Assembly: GCF_009914755.1 (NCBI RefSeq)
Contig: NC_060932.1
Strand: one strand, 5' to 3'
DNA: 64,000 bases
From: the human T2T-CHM13v2.0 reference genome, Homo sapiens
A model generated the notes under the pieces. The model was not told the DNA's origin. It made no database searches and saw only the letters and a program-made list of their open reading frames with translations. Made by a program: the position numbers and the translations under genes. Shown one piece after another: positions 1 through 15,738 of this stretch (positions are counted from its first letter, which is position 1; each line of letters opens with the position of its first letter).

Positions 1-384
1 TAGCTAGAGGAAGAAACCAGGTCAAGAGAAGGTTTTCAAAAATAAAGGTGAGATTGAACTTTTGAAAACAGAAGAAAAAAATCTGGGATGATCAATATAT
101 TCAAAATATGGAAATTGAGAAAATAATTGATGGAATATGGTCCTAGAGGGAGTGAGAGCGGTTCTCAAGGAAAACCAGCAGAAATGTGATTTTAGAGCTG
201 AGACAGGGGGTTAGTTCTTATTGAAGAGAATTGCGGCAAGTAAAATAACACGTAAGTACATACATAGAAGGAGATGAAGGAGAAACTGTCTAGTGGCTCT
301 AGTGAAGGAGATCAGGGACATTTCTGAGAGGGAAAGCGGTCAAAAAGCTGCAGCAGCAGAAGCATACTTAATCAGAACAGACTA

Positions 385-786
<402 letters not shown>

Positions 787-1976
787 TTAATAGAGAAACA
801 AAGATCGTTAAATAGTTCTAACGTAATATAACCTTAGAAGATAATTTTTAGACAAAAATACACTGAATATATTTTACCATCCCAAGAAAGCAACTCCTTT
901 ATTACCTAAGCATCCTGTGGAAGGATGATACCTTACTCTTCTTCACCCCCTACAGCACATATTGTTGCTCCACTATAGACGACTGACAAACACACACAGA
1001 ATACCAACTTAGCATAGCCTATTATAAGTTAAACTAGGTGATAATCCTAGGCAATTTCTGTTTTGTTTAAAAATTTTAAATTATTCCCACGTAAAATCAC
1101 TATTATGGTACTTTCATTATTATTTATTATTATATTATTATAGTACCTTTTTATTAAAAATGGAAAATCAGAATAAAATCACATATAAGATATTCAGGTC
1201 ACTGTAAATGAACTGATATCATTATTTCAGCCAGATGGCAGACTCGAGAATAGAACAGAACTTTAGATTACCAGAAAAATATTTTCAACATACATGCACA
1301 GAGTATACTTTTATATACTTTTTACTTTTACAAAGTATGGTTAAATTAGACACTGCCTTTGCTATTCTTATTTTACAGAAAAAAAAAAAACAAAAACAAG
1401 AGGTCAGGCTGTCATTCAAGCAACTTCCAAAACCTTAACAATTTCTCTTGAAAAAGTTAAATCTGGCCTCAATATGAGTGTAGCAAAAATTAAAATAAAT
1501 AAGGTTTAATACAGTGATATCTTAAGTATCTTAATATGAACACTTCATTATGTCATATTTAAAATAAAAAACATACGGTTGTAAATAGAAAATAACAAAT
1601 AATATAAAAGTGCTAACCCCTTCCATTAAAAACAAAACAAAACAAAATCCCTCTTCAGATAAAGAACCATAGAAAAACTATCTTTATGGACAACTATTAA
1701 CTATTTAAATAGCTAGGTAGACACATATAAAGTATCTTCAAAATTACAAGTAACATTCAAATATAGGCAACATCACGCAATACAAATATATGTATTTCAA
1801 ACTTATCTCACCAGTTACAAATAAGTTGAACAATTCTTTCCAGTCATCCATGTACATTTGCAAGGAATAAAAAAACTATCCTAAGACAGGAGTTGCCAAA
1901 CTACAGCCTGTAGGCCAAATCTGATCTGCCACTTATTTTTATAAACACAGTTATTAGAACACAACACTTTCAATTA

Positions 1977-3620
1977 CAGTCACAGACACTATATAATGAT
2001 ATTTCTGTCAACAATGGACTGCAACATATGATGCTGGTCCCATAAGATTATAAAGGAGCTGAAAAATTGCTATCACCTATTGACAGCACAGTGCAACCTA
2101 TTAAGTGTCTATGGTGATGTTGATGTAAACAAACCTATGCTGCCAATTGTATAAAAGTATAGCACAACAGCACATACAATTCGGTACAATACATAATACT
2201 TGATAATGATAATAAATGACTATGTTACTGGTTAATGTATTTACTATATTATACTTTTTATCATTAGAATGTACTCCTTCTTATAAAAAAAATAACTTTA
2301 AAACAGTCTCAGGCAGTCCCTTCAGGAGGGATTCCAGAAGATGACATTATTATCATAGGAGATGACAGCTCCATGTGTGTTAGTGCCCCAGAAGACTTTC
2401 CAGTGGGACAGGATGTGGCAATGACTGCGATGATCCTAACTCTGTGCAGGCCTAGGCTAACATGTATGTTTATGTCTTTGTTTTTAACAAAAGTTTAAAA
2501 AGTAAAACAAAATTTAAAAATTTGAAAACAGAAAACCTTATCGAATAATATGAAGAAAATATTTTTGCACAGCTATACAATGTTTTAAATGTTTTAAGCT
2601 AGGTATTATTAAAGTTTACAGAGTACAAAAGTTACAGTAAGCTAAGGTTAATTTATTATTGAAGATTTTTTTGCATATAAATTTAGTGTAGTCTAAATGT
2701 AGTGCTAATAAGGCAACAATCATGTACAGTAATGTCCTAGGCTTTCACATTCACTTACCACTCACTCATTGACTTACCCAGAACAGCTTCCAGTCCTACA
2801 AGCTCCATTCACGGTAAGTGTCTTATACAGGTATACCATTTTTTATCTTTTATACAATATTTTTTCTGTACCTTTTCTATGTTTAGATACACAAATACTT
2901 CCCATTGTGTTACAATTGCCTACAGTATCAGTACAGTAACATGCCATATAAGTGTGTAGCCTAGGAGAAATAGTCTATACCAGCAGTTCCCATCCTTTTT
3001 GGCAACCAGGACCAGCTTCGTGGTGAGGTTCCAGGTTTGCGGGCAGAGGGGGGAATGGTTTTGGATAATTCAAGCATATTTATTATGTACTTTATTTCTA
3101 TTATTATTACGTTGTAATATATAATGAAAAAATTATACAACTCACCATAATGTAGAATCAGTGAGAGCCTTAAGCTCGTTTTCCTGCAACTAGTCAGTCC
3201 CATCTGAGGGTGATGGGAGACAGTGACAGATCATCAGGCATTAGATTATCATAAGAACCTAGATCCCTCACATGCACAGCTCACAATAGGGTTTGTGCTC
3301 CTATGAGAATCTAATGCTACCGCTGATCTGACAGGAGGTGGAGCTCAGGCGGTAATGCAAGCAATGGGAGCAGCTGCAAATAAAGATGAAGCTTTGCTAG
3401 CTTGCCCGCTGATCACCTACTGCTGTGTGGCCTGGTTCCTAACAGGTGATGGACTGATACCGTGGCTGAGAGATAAGGAACCCCTGGGCTATCTATACTA
3501 TACAGTACGCTATACCATGTAGGTTTATGTCAACACACTGTTCGATGTTCACACAATGCCAAAATTGTGTAAGGAAGCATTTCTTGGAAAGTATCCTTGT
3601 CTTTAAGAGACTACGTATTG
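1977..3620 (+). mobile_element. Tigger3-family (TcMar-Tigger) element
   Basis: TA|CAGTCA...GGTCCCATAAGATTATA start and ...GTATCCTTGTCTTTAAG... end resemble Tigger3b termini. Confidence 0.75.
2981..3486 (+). mobile_element. MER1A-like hAT-Charlie MITE inside Tigger3
   Basis: CAGCAGTTCCCATCCTTTTTGGCA...GGAACCCCTG termini; internal AGATCATCAGGCATTAGATT; degenerate TSD GTCTATAC/GGCTATCT. Confidence 0.8.
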
Positions 3621-3904
3621 TCTCTTGACAATGACTACATATCGTCTATGGCCACTTTCATGCTACAGTGGCAGAGTGGAGGAGCTGGGACAGAGATCAA
3701 CAGTCTTCAAAGCCGAAAATAACTACTCGCCGCTCCTTTACAGAAAACCTGCTGACCCTTGTCCTAAGATATCATTTTCCCTGGTATCCCATTCTTCCAT
3801 GCTTTCTCTCTCAAGAGACAACCTGATAAAGGGCATTACTTCCTGAATATACTATTAATTTATTGATAGAATAATAACAATAGTACGGTAATGAAGAAGC
3901 TTTA

Positions 3905-4042
<138 letters not shown>

Positions 4043-4635
4043 TCACACAAGTAGAAAGAAAGAATCACAACTGCTAGATAGAAGATGAACATCTGGTCAC
4101 TTAAAATTGTTAGACTATACCATGCTGAGGGGATTAACTAGGGAATACTGCACATGGTTTTCTCCAATGAGTGGTACCAACAAACACAAAACAGTCTATA
4201 AGCAGCCTGCGGGCATCTATGACGGGCTTATCTAAACCAAATCATTTTAAAGCCACATCAGATACTTTGTGCTGAAGTCTTATCAACTGAAAGAAAAATA
4301 AAATAAGCAAATTCTAATTCAAATTATGTTTTAAGTCAGTGGGCCAAAAAATTACATTTATTCCCCCACAGAAAGTGTATACACCCTACCATCTATAGAA
4401 ATCAGAATTAGTGAGTTTTATTTTCATAAGGAATACATTATTTGAAACAAATCATGTAAAACCATCTTAGACATAAACTTCTGGCTACTCCAGAAAACCA
4501 TAATGATTACCTCATCTTTTTACTTACCAGAAGAACAACTTAGTTCAAGTGCTGCTCTTCTGGAATACTTTTTTTGAATCTCCCACACTGAATTAAGTGC
4601 TCTCCAATTCTCCTTCCATACCACCACGCAAATCA

Positions 4636-4942
<307 letters not shown>

Positions 4943-4959
4943 CAATAAACAAAATTCAC

Positions 4960-5135
4960 TTATGACTAGCTGAGTGACCTGTGTCAAGTTATTTAACTTC
5001 TCTATGCTTCCCTTTCCTCATCTATAAAATGAGAATAATTATAACATCTGCCTCACAAAGTTGTTTGGAGGGTAAAATAGCCCCTAGAAAAATGCTTGGA
5101 ACATAGTAAGCACTGTGCCAGCATTAGCTGTTATC
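4960..5135 (+). mobile_element. MIR SINE
   Basis: MIR core GTGACC...TTTAACTTCTCT...TTTCCTCATCTATAAAATG. Confidence 0.7.
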
Positions 5136-5551
5136 ATTATCATCACTTGTTTACTTGCTACTTTCCCTTGTTAGACTGGTGTATCCTTGAGAATAAGGAC
5201 TAAGTCTTGTGTATTTCTGTATCACCAGTACCTAGAGCAATATTTGGTATAGAGTAGATGTAAAAAAAGTTTACACTATTAACTGAAAAAAATTTTAAGT
5301 TGATATTTACTAAACACCTAAGCTAAATTATCATTCTGCTAGGTCCTTGTGACACAGGATGTGCTTAATATTTACTACTAATTCTAAATTCAGATATTTA
5401 AATGACTTCCGCCACTTTCTCTATGTGACCTCTAGAAGCTCACTGGCATTTCCTTTAAGACACATATCTCTAGAATTCATTTTCAGCTGCACATAAGTTT
5501 GGAAAGAGTAAAAATTATAAATGTTCATATCATCACTGAATAATTTAATGT

Positions 5552-5850
5552 AGGCTCGGTGAGGTGGCTCGCTGCTGCTCAGCACTTTGGGAGGATGAGG
5601 CAAGAGGACTGCTTGAGGCCAGGAGTTAAGAGACCAACCTGGTCAACATAGTGAGACTTCATCTCAACAAAAAAATTTAAAAATTAGCTGGGCATGGTGG
5701 TGCACACCTATAGTCCCAGCTACTCAGGAGGGTGAGGCAGGAGGATTGCTTGGGCCGAGGAGTTCAAGGCTGCGTGAGTTATGATCATGCCACTGTACTC
5801 CAGCCTGGGTGACAGAGCAAGACTTTATGAAATAATAATAATAATAATAA
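5552..5850 (+). mobile_element. Alu (AluJ-like) with (AAT)n tail
   Basis: Alu consensus blocks; tail aataataat. Confidence 0.9.
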
Positions 5851-8849
5851 GCTAATGACCCAAAATAACTGGTGTTTGTTAACAGATTACTTACAATTTT
5901 CTCCTTGTTAAAAATACCATAAGGGCAGGAACTTGGTCTCATCTATTCACCTCTTTATTTCAAGTGCTTGCCATAATACAGGTATATAACAAATGTTCAA
6001 TAAGTATTTGTTGAATAACAAAAGAGTGAATATAAAAACAAAGGAAGGAGGAGAGAAAAGGGAGACTCATTCACTCTGTTCCCCCAAAGTTGGTTGTGCT
6101 ATAAAATTATTTTATTATCAGAGGACTATGACTTGGAACCCACCTAAACCTACCTACGAAAATATGCAAGAAGTAATACTACATACAGTGTACTTTTTAA
6201 TTCACTCTCATGACTTTGTTTCTGTAGGAAATAATACATCAGAAAAAAGCACCAGTCTGGTAGTCAGAAAACCAAATTTTAGAACTGGCTTGGCCATGAA
6301 GTAGTTATGTACCTTAACTTTTCTCAGCCTTGGTATACCTTATCTTTTAATAGAACGATTAGATGATCTCTAAGGCCCTTTCAGCTATAAACACAATTTC
6401 AACAGTGGGTGACAATATTTTGTTGCTCCACACTGGAAAACATAATCTTGTGTACCAATAGCTTAGTTCAATTACGCAAAATATTTATACCTATTACAAA
6501 CAAGTACCGTGCTTGCTGCTGTTAGGGGATCCCAAATTAGTAAGAGCCTACAATCTACTCAGTGGCTGAAAGAGGTGTGGAAACAACTGGTTATATCCAA
6601 AGTAGGAAGAAACTCCGGCTGGAATGCAAAAAAGCTACTGAGCATAGAAACAGAATAATTACATCTGACTTGGAGGAGTTGGGAGTGAAAACAATTTAGA
6701 AGAGCCTTACGAAGGAGGTAATCATTTGTAGAATGAGTCAGATTTTGACGAGCAGTACTGAACATTCTAGGAATGGAACATGATGTTCAAGGTGAGGAAG
6801 TGTGGGAACTATAAAAAATATGGCACACATATTCTGTAGAGAAACTATGTAAAAAAGGCGAGGTCGGGAGGAGGAAGGCTGCAGCTAAACTACTGAGGAC
6901 TCAGAAGTCTAGACAAAGGGCTTGGAGATTTATTCTGTGGATAATAAGAGCTAGTTAAAATTTTTGAGAAAAGAGAAGGTAATTGAATAGTGGCATAGTG
7001 AAATATTAACTGTAGAGATGAGTCTGGAGTAAGGACCATTACTAGGGCAATTACTAATACAACCAGCACTCCAGAGAGAAGGATGTAGAGGGTTCAAACA
7101 GGGTACTGGCTGTGAGAAGGGGACAGTCACAGACCTCTTGAGCAGAAGCTGTAGAGTGAGAATTTCAGGTCTTGGTGATAAAATGGAAAAGGAAGAATAA
7201 AAAATGTCCAAAGTTTCCAGTCTGAGTGCTTCTTCTTTTTATATAAAAGAAGACTCCTCTCTAGTTCATTTCTTCTCAAGACTATTCTAATTTAGTGGTT
7301 TCTAGAGTTTGTATAGGAAACAGGAGCTTAAAAATCAAACAAAACCAACCAAAAAACTCAGATGTCTAGGATGCATCCCAGAATGTTCTGAATCATGGAC
7401 AATGTACGTTTGTATTCAGAATTGTTTCTGAAGCATATATCTAGTTGAGAATTGATTTTCTAAACAGAGAAACACAGGACAGTGACCCCAAATGGGTGCT
7501 GAGACAAGGGGAGCTACTGACTTAGACCTAATCACCGTTTTTATATGTTTGTTGTAATTAAAGTCTAAAATTACTGATACTGATCTTTTTTCTGTAAGAG
7601 AACAGAAATCTATCAACAAAATAATATCTACAGCACCTGCTAGTTCTAAAAGTTGAGCATATTTCTAGTAGACAAGGAAGCAGTAGTTTCTCCAAGAATA
7701 TGGCTCTCTTTGGCATCCACATTTAAAAAGTTCCCTTGCCAAGAGCCTGAAGAGTTGGTCTTTAGCTTTTTACTTTATGGATGAATTCTGGGAATTTGGT
7801 GAAAATATTAATCATATCACGATTCCACCAAAATAAGTGATTTGGTTATATTTAAAACTTCACAAGAACTTACGACTGTGTGTATTTGAAGGTTACCTAT
7901 GTACAGACACAAACATATGTAGTATACTCAATGGGACAGGGTAGAGATGTCAGCTGAATAAACATTCTTATCCAAATAATAAAATACTAGCCTGTCAAAT
8001 TTTATCAGATGTCTATGCTTTTGCATCAGCTCCCAATCATCCCTACACCACCATTTCTCAAAACGTCACACATTAAAATATAAGCCATTTGTACTGCAAT
8101 GTGATGTCGTAACAGCTTTAAGACTCAGCTTGAACCAATTACTTGCTATGTGACCTCCAGCTAATTTCCTCTCTGTCCGTCAGTTCCCTCATCTACGAAA
8201 AGTAGATGATGCTCTTCCCTCTATCTTATAAGGACTGTTTTGCAGATTAAAGTTTGATGATGGTAAAGTGCTTACTCTAGTCTCTGCACACTCCAGAGAC
8301 AGCAGTTATTATTACTATGCATGGTTACTAACGATCTACATACCTAATAGCTTCCTGGTCATTAGGCCGTAATGGCTAACTCCTTCCAAAATTTAGCTTA
8401 GCACATTCCTTACTTGTTTAAACCAAGGTTGCAGAGCACTCAGGAGATACACGGACTGACTCCATAGTTGCCATTCAATGGACTACAGTGAATGATGCTC
8501 CCCGGAGTGTGCAATCTGGTAGTGCTGTTCTCTAACTTGTCTCTTTTAGCCCAAGTTCAATAGCTGCTGATGAAATAACTACACAACAAATCCAGGGAGC
8601 AAATAAATATATAAGGAATACAGAATGGATGCTCTGAGAGCTAGGCAAATTAGATAAAAGTTAGTAGAGAGAATAAATGTAAAAATCTCCAAGGTAAAAA
8701 AGCAAGAAGAAAAGAAATAAACCATTTTTACAACAACTTACTAAAAAATTTTTTTAAAAACTATGGAAATGTGTTTTAACTAATAAAGGGGAAACAGTGA
8801 CTGTCTCTGAATACATTGGCTTTCATGATTAACACTGAGATTATTATAA

Positions 8850-9470
8850 TGCACATTCTTCATCTCAGTAAATGGCACCACCATCCACCCAGTTACTTAT
8901 GCTAGGAAACTAGGAGTTGTTTCTAACTGCTCCACCGGAAAGTCCCACCAGGTCTAGTTCTAAAATATATCCTGAACCTGTTCATTTTTCTGCATCTCTA
9001 CTATTACCATGCTGGTCCAAGGCATCAGGCTCTTTCACATCCAGATTTCCACAATAGCATTCTATTCACATCTCCTCTTACACTGTCGACCCTTAGAATT
9101 CTCCACACAAACCTAAGAGTGATCTGTTCCTTCTACCTGGAATTATCCACCACCCAGATCCTCACACAGCTGCCTTTTCCCATCATTCAGGACACATGGC
9201 TCAAATGTCACCTCCTGAGACTTTCCTTGAATACCTATCTAAATAGCCTACTACCATCACTATTACATACATCACCTTGTTTTACCTGTCTTTATACTTG
9301 GCTTGATCTGAACTTACCATGTGTGTGTGTTTGGTTACTAAATCTTGATCTTCAGAACATAAAGTTTATAATAACAAGGATCTTTCTTATTTTATTTACC
9401 ACTTCATAACAGTTTCTGCTACATGGCAGCCACAAATATTTATGGAATGAATAAATGAAAGTATAAATGG
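8850..9470 (+). mobile_element. L2 LINE 3' fragment
   Basis: AATGGCACCACCATCCACCCAG, CTCAAATGTCACCTCC and terminal GAATGAATAAATGAA typical of L2. Confidence 0.7.
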
Positions 9471-9585
9471 ATGAATTTTAAAACATGGTGAATATGGTCA
9501 CCCCTAGCAAGTATATGAGTAACGTATATTTAGCTTATCGATTTACATAATAAAGTTGCTAACGAATCAATAAAATAATGCTTCA

Positions 9586-9723
<138 letters not shown>

Positions 9724-10012
9724 TTAAAACTAGCAACTTTTATTCAGATAATGTCAAGATAAAGCAACCTCTTTTTTTTCCTCCCAAATAATTTTATGGT
9801 ATAGACAGAATTTCAAATGCAGAGTACTATAATAGCTTACTCGCTGGGGCACTGTTACGTTGACAAGTCTACCATCTTTTAGTAACTCCATTAACTTCAT
9901 CTGTAAAATAAGGGGCTAAAGAATATAGATCTTCCCAGTTCTAAAATTCTACAATTTTTGGAATAAAAAGAATACAGTACTACCCAAATTAAACAACAGA
10001 ACAGGCTTTTAT

Positions 10013-10317
10013 GGCCAGGCATGGTGGTTCATGCCTGTAATCCCAGCACTTTGGGAGGCTGAGGCGGGTGGATCACTTGAGGTCAGGAGTTTGAGACCAG
10101 CCTGGCCAACATGGTAAAACCTCATCTCTACTAAAAATACAAAAATTAGCTGGGTGTAGTGGTGCACGCTTGTAATCCTAGCTACTCAAAAGGCTGAGGC
10201 AAGAGAATCGCCTGAACTTATGAGGTGGAGGTTGCAGTAAGCTGAGATCGCGCCACTGCACTCCAGCCTGGATGACAAAGCGAGACTCCGTCTCAAAAAA
10301 AAAAAATTAAAAAAAAT
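10013..10317 (+). mobile_element. Alu (AluS-like)
   Basis: Full dimer; flanking direct repeat ACAGGCTTTTA. Confidence 0.95.
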
Positions 10318-10669
10318 CACCACAGGCTTTTACAAACAAATCTACGGATACTATGAGCCTAAGATGAAACTTCAAAGAGAAGAAAAAAAGAAGAGAGAGA
10401 GGAAGGACGGAGAGAAGTAGACAGAACTATACCTAAGGTATATCTATACATGTGTTACAACTTTTAGTAAATCAAATCATTTTGCCAAATTTACAAGTAT
10501 TAAGGTATCTTCACATTAAAGGAATCTTATGGTGAACCTATTTTTTGTTGTTCTGTAAGGTCAATGACTGATTTTATAAAAACAAAAATACACCATTTAA
10601 TATCATATAAAAATTACACCTCAAATTTTAACAAACAACTACAAAATGTCTTCAATACTCATTGTAAAG

Positions 10670-10968
10670 ATTTTTTTTTTTTTTTCTGAGACAGAGACTT
10701 GCTCTTTCACCCAGGCTGGAGAGCAGTGGTGCAACCATGGCTCACTGCAACCTCTGCCTCCCAGGTTCAGGCAATTCTTGTGCCCTGAGCTTCCCAAGTA
10801 GCTGGAACCACAGGCGCGCACCAACACACCCAGCTAATTTTTGTATTTTTAGTAGAGATGGGGTTTCACTACGCTGGCCAGGCTGGTATCGAACTCCTGG
10901 CCTCAAGTGATCCACCCTCCTCGGCCTCCCAAAGTGCTGGGATTACAGGCGTGAACCACCTTGCTCAG
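10670..10968 (-). mobile_element. Alu (AluS-like)
   Basis: Poly-T followed by reverse-complement Alu. Confidence 0.95.
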
Positions 10969-11269
10969 TCAAGATATTTTAAATGGTTAGTTCGTAAGGT
11001 CTTTTTGAAATGCTTAATGTGTCTTTTTGTGTGTACTGAGCTTACTTAAATAGGATTCAGTTATACGTGCAATTAAAGTATCAGACTAAAAAAATAAAAT
11101 CTAAAAAACCTTTATAATCAAGTGATCACATATACCTACCTGTAATTTAGGTAATTCAAAACTGGTATTTTATTTACTAACTTTTGCAACTATAACTTAT
11201 ACTATGTGAATTAGTTATAAAGAATGGTTACATAAAATAGAAACATTTTTAATACATATTTAATAATGC

Positions 11270-12180
11270 TCTACAGAAATTACATCACCCTTAATGGAGA
11301 AACACTGGAAGCATTTATTTTAAAGTCAACAGTGAGATAAATGTGGCCATTTTCACCACTTCTGTTCAACACTGCTCTGGAGGTCCCAGTTGGTATGGAA
11401 CAAAGAGACAGAAAAAAGAGGTATCAGAGAAATAACGATTACAAAGGAGAATGGAAACATTCCTTATAGATGATAATGATTTATAGAAAAGACTATAGAT
11501 AAATTATTAGGAAAAAAGAGGAGTCTGGCAAGATGGCTGGATATAAGATGATTATCTGAATGTCAGCTGAATTTCTTTACAGCAGTAGTGAACTAGAAAA
11601 GGTAATTTAAGTGACAATATCATTCATTTATAATAATATCAGAGAATATGTACTAGCTAGGAATAAATACAGTAAGATATTCAAGATCTCTCTACAGAAA
11701 ATATAAAATTCTATTAAGAGATTTCAAGCAAACCTAAATAAATGGGGATACCACATTCAAGGATAAAAACAATTAAAATTTACATAAATCGTTAATTCTC
11801 AAGTTGCCTTGTAGATTCAATGCACTTCCTAATCAAAATCCAAACAAACTTTAACAAAAGATGATTCTAAATGTAAATGAAAAAATAAAGGGCCAAGAAT
11901 AGCCAGGATGCTTCCGAAGAAGAGCAAAAAAAGACTTGTTCTACCAGCTAGGAGGACTTCATGGAAGTTATACTAATTAAGACAATGTGGTATTGGTACA
12001 AAGAAAGGCAGACTGATGAATGAAAAAGAATAAAGTCAAAAACACAAAAGTGCATGTAACTTTGGTATAAAACAGAATTCCAGATAAGTTAAAAACAAAT
12101 GTCAAAAACAAAAGATGGTATCAAAATACTAGTAAAAAACATAGGTGAGTATCTTTAGCACTGACTAAAACAGAAAAGAT
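11270..12180 (+). mobile_element. Ancient L1 (L1M-type) ORF2 remnant
   Basis: Degenerate L1 ORF2 blocks (TTCACCACTTCTGTTCAACA, TAGATTCAATGCA, GTGGTATTGGTAC). Confidence 0.7.
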
Positions 12181-12191
12181 TTTTACTATAT

Positions 12192-12525
12192 AGCAGGTCC
12201 TCGAATAACATCATTTCATTCAGTGTCATTTCATTATGACATCGGCAAGAAAAAACTGATTCCTAACCAGGGCCGCTGTCTGTGTGGAATTTGCACTCTC
12301 CCCCAGTGTCCGTGTGGGTTTTCTGTGTGTACTCTGCTTTACTACCACATTCCAAAGATGTGCACATTAGGTGAACTGGTGTGTCCAAATTGTACCAGTC
12401 TGAGTGAGTGTGGGTGGGTGTGTCAGTGTGCCCTGCAATGGAATAGTGTCCTATCCAAGGTTGGTTCCCACCTTGCACCCTGAACTGCTGAATAGGCTCT
12501 GGCCACCCACAACTGTAAACTGGAT
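12192..12525 (+). mobile_element. MER6-like TcMar-Tigger element
   Basis: GGTCCTCGAATAAC start; internal GTCTGTGTGGAATTTGCAC...CTCCCC...TGTGGGTTTTCT. Confidence 0.7.
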
Positions 12526-13156
12526 TCTGGATGACAGTTATTTCACACAGGAGAAAACTGGGCTAGGGGTAACCACGTAAGTTATTTTCAAAGATCTGGC
12601 TGGTATTTTAGATGACAGATTTTTTCAAACACTTGCTGTCTGAAAAATAACTAAATAATTGGTGAACAAAATAAATGTGTATTACGCATAAATCAATGAT
12701 GAGCATGTGTCATGGACCAAGGATTATGATTCATCCAATTCTGTGCAAGGCTGGGGAACAGGTCAGGAAAGAAGGAAAAGCAGGAGGAAATAAAGAGAAA
12801 ATAATTAAATTAATAACAGGAAGAGTTACCAAATTTGAGCTGAGATACCGGAAAAAGGTCTCAGCAAGAACAAAAATCAGGGCTGTATTGTTCCCCTAGA
12901 CTTCTAATCTTCTCCAAAAGACACTTAATCTTTACCACAGATTTCCTATACTCACTTCTGACATCTAATCAATACAGCCATGGCAATCACCAATCACAAT
13001 GTTGCCCTGTTGAAGTTCGGTCAATAGCTGGCTTTACTGGCCACTCTGCTTCATATAATTGCTCCTTCATTGGCTTGAACTAAGTTAACAGGTATCATTT
13101 TAAGTGACAGTCTTTCTCAAAATATAATACTGCATTCCCTCCAAAAAACATATTGT

Positions 13157-13489
<333 letters not shown>

Positions 13490-14850
13490 TCATGATCAAG
13501 GCACCAGGGTCTGAGCTACCTGGTACTCCAGCTACTTTTTTTTAACCTCAGGGTGTCAATATGTGCTGAAAGTAAAGAGCCTGGACTCCAGAATCCAACT
13601 GCCTGGGCTCACATCCTGGCCACCCTGCTCACTGCCTCTGCTATATGCAAACCCCCTTCTGCCTCAGTTCCCTCATCTGCACAGTGAGGACCACAACAGT
13701 AAATAATATATAGGTTGAGGATTAAATGTTTATACATACATAAATTCTTAGACCAGAACCTGCTATGTAGGATAATTTTTTTTTTAATGTATTACTGCTG
13801 TTGCTCTGCTTGGCACATTCTTTGTCTGGCTCTTTGAAAAACTGGTCATAGGTAAGACATTGCCTAAAAGAGGCCTTCTCTGTTTAGAATAAGCTTCTTC
13901 CCCACTGCCGGGTTACTGCTTCCTTTATATACATGTGTAATGATTTGTTTACTTGTCTTTCTCTGTCTCTGCCTCTAGACAGTAAGCTCCAGTGATGGCA
14001 GGGACTGTGACTATCTTGTTTTTCATTATATTTCCAGTGCCTAAAACACAATGGAACTACAGTAAATTTGTGTTGTAGTAATAAGATAGTATTTTTGTTA
14101 TATAGTATATCTTCTTTTTTACAGTAGTTAATATATCTCAATTAAGTAAAATATTTATAGGATAGATGACTAAAATTTTACTTTTTATTTCAGCAAGCCT
14201 GTAAGAGAAAAAAAGAAAATCCCCCCATGGTCAGAAGGACTCCTGGGACAGGAAGAATGAATCTTTGGTAGGAAGCTGGCTGTGGACTTTTCAGGCATAT
14301 AAACACTTTAGTCCTCACCTACTTTTTGCCACATGAAGAGCAATTTAGTCAGAAGACTGCCAAGCCATATATTTCTACAATACTTACTGGCTTCAACAAT
14401 GCTAAGATTATTAATGCAAATTAAAGTCTAAGAAAAATCCTTCAGTTAGCTCTTTTACAGTCTCCCTCCACTCTACAAACATCATTTCAACCTATCTGAC
14501 TTTTTGTCTGCTTTCCCATAATAGCCTATATAAGGATAGGAATGTTTATATGTCTTTCTAATGGGTAATAACCATCAAAGGGCAAATACATTTCAACGCT
14601 AGGCAATTGCAGAAAACCTTTTACCGTTGAGTTTTAAGTTTCTCAAATGCAACATATTCTGTAAAAAAACTTAACACTACTTTGTTAATTTACAGAGGTA
14701 AATTCTACAAATTCTATTAAAGTAACAAAAAAGCATAAAATATTTTTGAGTAAAACTGTCATGAATAAAGATATTCTATATCTAATATACCAAGTCACAA
14801 TTAATTTTCAAGTATACTACACTATAAAACCTTTTATTAATTCTTGTATC

Positions 14851-15146
14851 GGCCGGGCGCAGTAGCTCACGCCTGTAATCCCAGCACTTTGGGAGGCCGA
14901 GGTGGGTGGATCATCTCAGGATGGGAGTTTGAGACCAGGCTGGCCAACATGTTGAAACCCCATCTCTACTAAAAATACAAAAATTAGCTGGGTGTGGTGG
15001 TGCACACCTGTAGTCCCAGCTACTAGAGTGGCTGAGGCAGAGGATCGTTTGAACCCAGAAGGCAGAGGTTGCAGTGAGCTAAGATTGTGCCACTGCACTC
15101 CAGCCTGGACAACAGAGCAAGACCCTGTCTCAAAAAAATAAAAAAT
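14851..15146 (+). mobile_element. Alu (first of a tandem pair)
   Basis: GGCCGGGCGC start, full dimer. Confidence 0.95.
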
Positions 15147-15147
15147 A

Positions 15148-15465
<318 letters not shown>

Positions 15466-15525
15466 TTAGGTGAAAAGCAACAAAAAAGGTTAAACATAAA
15501 ATCTCCTACTTGCAGTTTTTTACTA

Positions 15526-15738
<213 letters not shown>

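Larger units (their letters stand above)
1887..3761 (+). mobile_element. MER58-type hAT-Charlie MITE split by nested insertions
   Basis: CAGGAGTTGCCAAAC left end and ...GCTGACCCTTG right end, flanked by a perfect 8-bp TSD TCCTAAGA (1879-1886, 3762-3769). Confidence 0.8.
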
